NCBI RefSeq assembly: GCF_000008665.1
Contig: NC_000917.1
Location: forward strand, 1,230,001 to 1,262,000
Direction: 5' to 3'
From: Archaeoglobus fulgidus DSM 4304
GTDB taxonomy: Archaea; Halobacteriota; Archaeoglobi; Archaeoglobales; Archaeoglobaceae
Length of the DNA stretch: 32,000 bases
A model generated the notes under the pieces. That model searched no databases. It was given only the letters and a program-made list of their open reading frames with translations, and was not told the DNA's origin. This document shows positions 25,333-32,000 of this stretch, one piece after another (position 1 is the first letter of the stretch; the number at the start of each line of letters is the position of its first letter). A program made the translations under genes and the position numbers.

Positions 25333-27738
25333 TCAGTTACCACTCCCCACGGATTCAGCCATACTTACGTAAAATTTCTGAACGTAATCCTTTAAGACTG
25401 CCAAAACAATTTCTTGGAACTTTCTCAGCCCATCAAACGACTTTATCTTTAGTTTTCCGTTGTTATTCTCAATGCCTATCCCATCCATCTCGCTCAAAAA
25501 CAACCGGTACTTGTTTGATTTGGCTATTCGCCTTAATGTGTCAGCATCCACAATGAGGTTGTAGAATCCTCTTGTGATTTTGAAGTTTATGATTTCCGAG
25601 CGCACGTATTGCCAATCGATTAGCTCGAAATACTCTTCAGGAACCTCTACTGGATTGTCCGTTACCGTTTCAGCAGCTCCAACCTTCAATCCGTGCGCTA
25701 CAGTAATTTTAGGCCTCAAATCAATCTTAATCGTCTCCAGAATATCTTCCTCAAATCTGAGCTTCACGGGATAATCAAAACCATCCTTTGTTGTGTAAAT
25801 TCCATCTTCCCGTTTTTCGGGACGGTTGAGCCTAATTGCTAACTCCTCGTAATCCACTTCCTCATTTGATATCGCCCTCAGGAATGCGTTAATGTAGTCG
25901 GCGTTTAGCCCAAAAATGAAAAGCGTCTGCAGAACCTTGAGTTTGTAGTCCGGATTTTCCTCCCTTTTCAAAGAGAAGTTCTTCCCCTTCAGCCTTACAC
26001 CCCTTCCAAAGAGCTGGATGATCTGAGGCCCCTCCCCCTTCCCCATGTTGATTAAAACCATGTTAGAAACTCTCCATGAGTTCCAGCCCTCCACAAATTT
26101 TTTCGAACCAATTAGTATATTTATCGAAGAATTGTTTTCGTTAACTTCGAAAAACAAGGAATGGCTGAAATGGTCCTCTTTGACATCCATCTCTGAAATC
26201 AACTTTTTCAGTGTGCCTACATCACCAACATTAACGACGCCGAAATAGCTTTCAGCCGTGGAAATCTTGAGCCCCAACTCCCCATCGGCATTATTTATTT
26301 CGTAAACCTCCAGCCTCCCCTTACCGCCAAATACTTTCCGATAAACGTTTTCCACAAGAGAATCGACGTCGAGATTTCTTATGAACTCGAACTTTCCCTC
26401 AAAAATATCGTTCCCGTTGGTGTCCAAAAGTCCAGACTCGCCTTTCAGGATTTTCGCAGCGTTCTCTTTCAGATACCTTTCATCCCTTGCTATTCTTTCC
26501 AGATACTGAATTACCCTAACTACATCTGAATTTATTCCCTTTCCAGCGACCCTGCTACCAACAAAAACCCACAGGGGTTTCTCTATGCTGTAAGCTCTCA
26601 GCTCATCCCTGTATCTTTCAAAAACTTCCAGTTGCTCGTAAAAAGACAGCAATGCTGCAGTAAGTAGCAAATCTCTCTGCGTTTCTGTGTAGGCGTCTTC
26701 TCTTATGTTGTAAACGTAGAAGTCCTTTCCGTATCCGTCTGCGTAGAAGTACTTGTAGGAGTAATCGAAAATGATTGCCTTCGCGTATTCCTCAAGCAAA
26801 TCCCTGTTCTTACCCACAACCTGCCCGAAAGTTGCGGAGTACTCAAATATAAACCCGTTCTTTCCTATCTCCTCCCTCAGCTTTTTCCACTTCTGCTCCT
26901 CCGACTTCTGCCCCTTATGTCCCTCGTCGATAAACACCAGGTTTTTACCGTCAAAATAAGAAACGTCAACAGTCACACCTCTCCCCCTCTTCTCTTCAGT
27001 CAGCTTGTGGATGTCTATTACCAGAATCTCTCCGTCTTTCGTTTTCAGGTTGTCAACATTCCCATCGTACAGCTTGCATGGAATGCCGCTCAGCCTCAAT
27101 TCCTCGTAATGCTGCCTGGACAGTCCTTCGTTGGGTGTTATCAGAATTACGTTGTCCCAGCGGTTCTTCGAATATTTTAACATTTGCCAGTAGTTTATGT
27201 GCATTACAAGGGTCTTTCCGCTTCCCGTCGCCATCCAGAAGGCAAGCTTCCTGAGGTCCTCTTCTGTGAAAGGGGCTACTTTCTTTTTGCTTTTTTTGCT
27301 GTAGTTATCCAGAAACGTGTTGAGGTCGCTTAGAAATCGACTTCTGTCGTTGTAATACGCATCCAGAAAGATTTCTGTGAACAAAACAGCTAGATACTGG
27401 AAGTATTTGAGGTTGAAGCTCTGCTGTCTTCTATTTCGCCTTAATCTCTCAACATACTCCCTTATTGCCTCATCGTATTTTATTAAGTCCCTTTCCCAAT
27501 CCGGCCTTAATCGGATTAGGAGGTCAGCAAAATAGCTTCTACCGGAAGCATCGTAGCCCTCCAGCGCGTCTTTCAGCTTCTCTCTCAGCTCGTTGAAATG
27601 ATTAATACCGAAAAGGTTGAGAAAGTATTTGTTCAGAATCAAATACTGCTCAAGCCTCATTTCATACCCTCCAGTACTATATCTCAGGAGCTTGAGCTTT
27701 CTCTTAAATTTTTCCCCAAAAATTGTGAAAACAGACAA
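25333..27738 (-). CDS. res: Type III-like restriction enzyme Res/helicase subunit (SF2)
   Basis: 801 aa, 'MATGSGKTLVMHIN' Walker A, 'LVFIDEGHKGQ' motif II, 'GSKKFVEGWNSWRVSNMVLINMGKGEGPQIIQLFGRGVRLKGK' motifs V/VI typical of type III Res. Confidence 0.88.
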   Translation of the reverse strand: MSVFTIFGEKFKRKLKLLRYSTGGYEMRLEQYLILNKYFLNLFGINHFNELREKLKDALEGYDASGRSYFADLLIRLRPDWERDLIKYDEAIREYVERLRRNRRQQSFNLKYFQYLAVLFTEIFLDAYYNDRSRFLSDLNTFLDNYSKKSKKKVAPFTEEDLRKLAFWMATGSGKTLVMHINYWQMLKYSKNRWDNVILITPNEGLSRQHYEELRLSGIPCKLYDGNVDNLKTKDGEILVIDIHKLTEEKRGRGVTVDVSYFDGKNLVFIDEGHKGQKSEEQKWKKLREEIGKNGFIFEYSATFGQVVGKNRDLLEEYAKAIIFDYSYKYFYADGYGKDFYVYNIREDAYTETQRDLLLTAALLSFYEQLEVFERYRDELRAYSIEKPLWVFVGSRVAGKGINSDVVRVIQYLERIARDERYLKENAAKILKGESGLLDTNGNDIFEGKFEFIRNLDVDSLVENVYRKVFGGKGRLEVYEINNADGELGLKISTAESYFGVVNVGDVGTLKKLISEMDVKEDHFSHSLFFEVNENNSSINILIGSKKFVEGWNSWRVSNMVLINMGKGEGPQIIQLFGRGVRLKGKNFSLKREENPDYKLKVLQTLFIFGLNADYINAFLRAISNEEVDYEELAIRLNRPEKREDGIYTTKDGFDYPVKLRFEEDILETIKIDLRPKITVAHGLKVGAAETVTDNPVEVPEEYFELIDWQYVRSEIINFKITRGFYNLIVDADTLRRIAKSNKYRLFLSEMDGIGIENNNGKLKIKSFDGLRKFQEIVLAVLKDYVQKFYVSMAESVGSGN

Positions 27739-27752
27739 GGAGAGTCGAGGCG

Positions 27753-28217
27753 TCAGACCGCGTAATCAAGTATTTCATCAGTATCCAGGTTCAATAATGG
27801 GGGTAATTCACTTTTTTCCACTTCCACATCATTCAACCTGATAATTGCGGAGTTATCGGGATTCGTGTTAGAAAATGACAAACGATAATAACCCAAATAT
27901 TTGTACTCTGCTAAGGATTTGGGATTTTTCGGCCTCTCCTTTGGAGCCGAATTAAAATATTGCTCTGCCTCTGAAAAAATTTTGTTCATTGTATCAATAA
28001 ACTCAAGCCTATCCGACCGTATTTCCGAATTGTTAGTTAATTCTTCTACGAAAATAAAATATCCTGTGCAATAGTTAAGAAATATCCAGCGGATTGGCCC
28101 TATATAATCAAATTTAGACACTATATCCTCTCCCATGACTTGTTTCAAGTTAGACCCACGATAAAAGGACCTTTCACTTTCTGTTTTTTTGTAGTTTAAT
28201 TTTTTCTGCAGTCCCAT
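27753..28217 (-). CDS. Uncharacterised small protein in the R-M operon (up to 154 aa)
   Basis: Lies 14 nt from res, overlaps the preceding gene by 22 nt; same strand. Confidence 0.6.
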   Translation of the reverse strand: MGLQKKLNYKKTESERSFYRGSNLKQVMGEDIVSKFDYIGPIRWIFLNYCTGYFIFVEELTNNSEIRSDRLEFIDTMNKIFSEAEQYFNSAPKERPKNPKSLAEYKYLGYYRLSFSNTNPDNSAIIRLNDVEVEKSELPPLLNLDTDEILDYAV

Positions 28218-28630
28218 AGCATTTTCAACATATATTCCTCTATTTGAAAATCTTTAAAAATTTTATAATTCTCTAGTTTATAAACTATGTAATCCTCAAT
28301 GTTTACTCTCACCTTTTCATTTTTGTCATTTAGAAAATATACTGTTCCATCCTCCAGAACATAAAGCACGTCAGTGCCCAAAAACTTCCATTCACTTAGA
28401 TCGTTTATCAAAAACTCGTTGAACAACATAAATATCACCCTCTGTGGAAGGCGAAGTTTAGCATTCAGGCTATTTTTTTCTTCTACGAAAAAGAACACTT
28501 TCTTTTTCTTGCTGAGAAATACAAAATCGATATCCTGAGTGACCAATCCCTCGTATGCAGATTTCAAATTTTTCCTCATCCAAACTGAGAAGCTGTCCAT
28601 TGACAAGCTCATTGCCAACCCGGGCAACAT
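28196..28630 (-). CDS. Putative PD-(D/E)XK-fold nuclease-like protein (up to 144 aa) in the R-M operon
   Basis: 'VTQDIDFVFLSKKKKVFFFVEEKNSLNAKLRLPQRVIF': D...(strand)...E-E-K followed by a Q-containing helix; 16 nt downstream of mod. Confidence 0.55.
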   Translation of the reverse strand: MLPGLAMSLSMDSFSVWMRKNLKSAYEGLVTQDIDFVFLSKKKKVFFFVEEKNSLNAKLRLPQRVIFMLFNEFLINDLSEWKFLGTDVLYVLEDGTVYFLNDKNEKVRVNIEDYIVYKLENYKIFKDFQIEEYMLKMLWDCRKN

Positions 28631-28646
28631 GCTACCATCTATTATA

Positions 28647-31556
28647 TCAATTTTGTGGTGTAAACATCAACGATTTAAACAACGACTCTATTGGCCTGAA
28701 GCCCTTTACCGCTGCATCCCCATTAATGTAAATCTCGTCGGGTTCAAACCCATTTACGTTGCTCTCGATAACCTCTCTGTCTTTCTTCCAATCTATGCCC
28801 ACAACGCTTCTCCAAACAATAGAAATCCTTTTTCCATCTTTTTCTCCAAAAACAAAAACGTATTTTCTTCCGTTCTCTTCCAAAAACCTGTACTTGGCCA
28901 CATTCAAGCCAAGTAAATAATTGAAGGTCTCAACCAAGTCGGCATTAACCACCTTTTGCCGGTAGTTCTCCATGATTCTCAGCCTGTAGCTAAAGGGGTC
29001 TACCAGCTCATCAATGTCGAGGAACGTCTTGCTGTGCTTGGTTTCCCATTCGAGCATGTATCTGACAAAATAATCTGTGAAATCGTACAGTACTCTCTGC
29101 ACCTCCCCAAACTCAACGTTTTCCAGCGCATCCTCGTACTGCTCCAGCGTGTGGTATTTGAAAAACCCTCCCGCCGTTTTTTCGTTGTATTTTTCCCTGA
29201 CGTCCTTCTCCTTGCTTATGCCGGACTTGTCGTAGAACAGAACCTTTTTCATTCTCGGCAAAACCACTGACCAAAAGTGTTCTCCCATCTCAACGCCAAT
29301 CCACTTTCTTCTGAGTTTCTGGGCAACCGCCGTTGTCGTTCCCGAGCCGAGAAAGAAGTCCAGAACCAGATCACCCTCGTTGGATGTCGATTCTATGACG
29401 CGCTTCAGTAGAATTTCGGAGTTTTCAGTGGAGAACTTGAAGCCGTCGGAATAGGATGGGATGTCCTTCCAGTTGTCGGTTATCTTAACCTCATCGGAGG
29501 TTAGATACTCAACCTTCCAGTCATCTCCGCCGCAGTTTAAGCACCTGTCAATTTTTGTGACACCGAAAACGGCTGTCTCTGGTTTTATGTCAAAGTACTT
29601 GAACGCCTCAGTTTTACTTGCCAAAATCTTATTTCTGAACTTTTCTTTCGACTCCTCTTCGTCCCAGTAATAAACGGCCCCGCATTTTTTGCACTTCAGT
29701 CTCAAAAAGTGTTCTTTCAGGAGTTTGTCCACCTTCTCCTGCACCAATGAAAAATGCTGCCCCTTCGGTGGATACAGAACTTTCCCGAAGAACGTCCTTT
29801 CCGGCGGATTCCTCTCCCCCTGGTTTAAAAAGCCCGTCCATTTGAAGTCCACGAGACTTCTCTTCCTGTACAGGTCCCTTCTCAAATAATTGTCCGATTT
29901 TGAATAAAAGAGCAGATACTCGCTCTCAACTTCAAACTTGTTGGGTGTGCCTATGCTCTGCCTCTTTCTGTTCACTATGATTTCGTTTCTGTAGTTGTCC
30001 TTGCCGAATATCTCATTCAACAAAAGCTTTAAGTAGGCGTTGCCGTTGTAATCACACCTGACGAAAATACTACCCCTTTCGTTCAGCAACTCCCTCCCAA
30101 GCCTGATTCTGTTTTCAAGCATCGTTATCCACGTTGCATCCTTGTAACCAACCTTATAGAGAAAGTCAGCTTCCTGCTCTTTGTTGAAGGGAGGGTCGAT
30201 GTAGATCGTCTGAACCTTTTCGTAGTACTTGCTCAGCAGCAGATTTAAGGCGTGAAAGTTCTCGCTTTTTATCAAAACACCATCCAAAATCTCATCCAAA
30301 TCATTTTCCCTGGTTAAAGCGTCCACCAATTTCCACTTAAAGCTCTCGCTGAAATGTCTCGTGTCAATCGGCAGCTTTTTCCACTCCTTTCCCTCCAGAG
30401 TGTGGCCGGAAAGGAGGTCGCCTTTTCCCTTAACTTCGATGCCGAAAAGCTCCCTCCACTCCTCTCTCTGCCTTTCGTTGCTCAAAATCTCGTCAAGAAT
30501 GCTTTCTAGGAACTCTTCTCCAGCATACTCCTTAATCCTGTCCAGTGTGATTACGTAATGCGTATCAACAACGAACTTCTTCTTTTCCCAGAGCCTCTTC
30601 TGAAAGTTTTCAATCTGCGCCAGAAAATCGATTATCTTCAGAGCGATTCTTCTGAAAACCCTCATTCCAGCAAGGTAAAGTCTCAGCCTCTCAAAATATT
30701 TGCTCTCCTCCAAAACCTGCAGGTCCTCCAGCTGCAAAAACTCGTTTTTAATGTAAAAGTCCAATTCACGCTCCAGAAATCCCCTCAAATCCCTGTGAAT
30801 GAAATAGTCTGTCGTGTTTCTTCTGGTGTAATTGTAGAGATGCCTTTCAATGTAACTCCTGCCCTTCTGGGAGTTCGGGTCTTTTTCGAAGATTAGTCTT
30901 GCCAAACTTTTTTCCGGAATCTTTCTCTGCAAAATCCTAACCGTTTCCTCGTTGATTCTATCCTGCGTTATTCGCTTGAACCTTTTCTCTTCCTCCTCAG
31001 TAAGACCTCTGTATTCAAAGTATATGTTCAGCTCCCTCCTCTCCTCGTCGAAGTCCGCTATTTTTTCACTTAAAACGAAAAACTTCCTCTCCGGTGACTT
31101 TATGTTGCCCTTCTCCTCCTCTGCCTCCACAACTCTAAAGTTAACGGTCAACTCCTTAACCCTAAACGTGTACCTCCCGAAGCATTCGGTGGTTTTTACG
31201 TAATATTGATCCTTGTTTGCCCAGTAAAGCAAAACCTCCTCACCGTTGTAGGGAACGACGTACTTTTCATTCCTTCCGTATCTCCTTTTGCTTATGAAGT
31301 CGCCTTTGTCATAGTACCTTGAGAAGAACGTTATCAGATGATTGTAAACCTCCTTCTCCAGCTCTTCAGCCAATTTCAGCTGATTTTCAATTTCCTCAAT
31401 TAAATCCTTCTCGATGAACCTTTCAATCTCCTCCCGCCTGTAGTTCATTATCCTGTAGATGCCAAAGTCCAGATCAGCATTCTCGAATTGAAACATTTCT
31501 CTTAAATTTGCCTTCAATTTCTCTTTCAGGTCGCTTTTGCCCTCCATACTACCCAT
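28647..31556 (-). CDS. mod: Type III-like adenine-specific DNA methyltransferase (Mod), beta-class
   Basis: 969 aa, 'TIYIDPPFNKEQEADFLYK' (motif IV DPPF) precedes 'DLVLDFFLGSGTTTAVAQKLRRKWIGVEMGEHF' (motif I), i.e. beta-class motif order. Confidence 0.9.
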   Translation of the reverse strand: MGSMEGKSDLKEKLKANLREMFQFENADLDFGIYRIMNYRREEIERFIEKDLIEEIENQLKLAEELEKEVYNHLITFFSRYYDKGDFISKRRYGRNEKYVVPYNGEEVLLYWANKDQYYVKTTECFGRYTFRVKELTVNFRVVEAEEEKGNIKSPERKFFVLSEKIADFDEERRELNIYFEYRGLTEEEEKRFKRITQDRINEETVRILQRKIPEKSLARLIFEKDPNSQKGRSYIERHLYNYTRRNTTDYFIHRDLRGFLERELDFYIKNEFLQLEDLQVLEESKYFERLRLYLAGMRVFRRIALKIIDFLAQIENFQKRLWEKKKFVVDTHYVITLDRIKEYAGEEFLESILDEILSNERQREEWRELFGIEVKGKGDLLSGHTLEGKEWKKLPIDTRHFSESFKWKLVDALTRENDLDEILDGVLIKSENFHALNLLLSKYYEKVQTIYIDPPFNKEQEADFLYKVGYKDATWITMLENRIRLGRELLNERGSIFVRCDYNGNAYLKLLLNEIFGKDNYRNEIIVNRKRQSIGTPNKFEVESEYLLFYSKSDNYLRRDLYRKRSLVDFKWTGFLNQGERNPPERTFFGKVLYPPKGQHFSLVQEKVDKLLKEHFLRLKCKKCGAVYYWDEEESKEKFRNKILASKTEAFKYFDIKPETAVFGVTKIDRCLNCGGDDWKVEYLTSDEVKITDNWKDIPSYSDGFKFSTENSEILLKRVIESTSNEGDLVLDFFLGSGTTTAVAQKLRRKWIGVEMGEHFWSVVLPRMKKVLFYDKSGISKEKDVREKYNEKTAGGFFKYHTLEQYEDALENVEFGEVQRVLYDFTDYFVRYMLEWETKHSKTFLDIDELVDPFSYRLRIMENYRQKVVNADLVETFNYLLGLNVAKYRFLEENGRKYVFVFGEKDGKRISIVWRSVVGIDWKKDREVIESNVNGFEPDEIYINGDAAVKGFRPIESLFKSLMFTPQN

Positions 31557-31624
31557 CCCTTAGTCTTTAGTCTTATTATCCTACCACCCATTCATTTTTG
31601 AGCGTATCGGTTTCGTGTTCGAGA

Positions 31625-32000
31625 TGTGATATCCCGAATTAATTTCACTCCTCAAACAACCACCTCCCGTACTCAAACACCCTTTCAGCAGGTAGCTTCC
31701 TCAAAAAGGCCTGATAGGGAGTCTCCAATTCGTCGAAATTCAGGCTCATGTGAGGCTTAACGTAATTGTACCAATAAATGAACTCATCCAAAGAATCAAA
31801 CAGATGGATCTTCTGCTCCATCAAACCAAAGAACCTCTCTATCTTTCCATTCGTTTGTGGATGGTTTATTCTGGCAAGAACATGCCTTACTCCATTCTCG
31901 GCCAAAAACTCCCTGAATCTATGCTTGGCCTTCTCTCTGCTTTTAGCTGCAACAAACTGAGTTCCGTGATCTGTGAGGATCTCATCCGGAATGCCATACT
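31625..32000 (-). mobile_element. Second copy of the same IS element (376 bp present, truncated by window end)
   Basis: Starts with the same terminal repeat TGTGATATCCCGAATTAATTTCA; by eye identical and indel-free to 4716-5091. Confidence 0.92.
31645..32000 (-). CDS. Transposase C-terminal part (same as 4736..; continues beyond window)
   Basis: Identical protein C-terminus 'MAENGVRHVLARINHPQTNGKIERFFGLMEQK...ERVFEYGRWLFEE'; the reading frame stays open to the window edge. Confidence 0.88.
   Translation of the reverse strand, partial: YGIPDEILTDHGTQFVAAKSREKAKHRFREFLAENGVRHVLARINHPQTNGKIERFFGLMEQKIHLFDSLDEFIYWYNYVKPHMSLNFDELETPYQAFLRKLPAERVFEYGRWLFEE

Noticed and set aside
1-32000. CRISPR arrays, tRNA or rRNA genes
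   Set aside because: No regularly spaced 24-37 nt repeats and no tRNA/rRNA-like stretches were noticed by eye. A tRNAscan/CRISPR scan would be needed to be definitive.
4716-32000. Classic composite transposon bounded by the two IS copies
   Set aside because: The 26-kb interval mostly contains ordinary core-like archaeal genes and no target duplication is visible, so mobility as a unit is not supported. Retained only as a recombination-prone interval.

Overview
The gene content matches an archaeal chromosome and looks like Archaeoglobus fulgidus or a close relative; that identification is from memory of gene families, not a search. From left to right the window contains: the N-terminus of an HdrA-like gene; a Vht/F420-non-reducing-type [NiFe] hydrogenase operon (small subunit, large subunit, cytochrome b, maturation protease); a winged-helix regulator; a complete 963-bp IS element (matches the ISA0963/IS481-like type); an orphan response regulator; a VapBC pair whose AbrB-type antitoxin is frameshifted; a UPF1/IGHMBP2-like SF1 helicase; a divergently arranged branched-chain amino-acid-type ABC transporter; a UPF0200-UPF0201 fusion; and a DUF98/chorismate-lyase-like gene. 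These are followed by a tightly overlapping corrinoid-uptake operon (btuC-btuD-cbiZ-PQQ-like propeller-giant surface protein-btuF) and an ACT/Lrp-ligand/PUA gene trio. The window ends with a type III-like restriction-modification cassette carrying two small extra genes, and the start of a second, identical IS copy in the same orientation. The two most interesting items are: (1) the corrinoid operon, which encodes a sorting-signal-anchored surface protein combining a DUF4430-like domain and an alpha/alpha-toroid, the same two modules found in animal intrinsic factor/transcobalamin; and (2) the res/mod operon, where a separate 144-aa putative PD-(D/E)XK protein may supply the nuclease that the 801-aa Res protein does not visibly carry.
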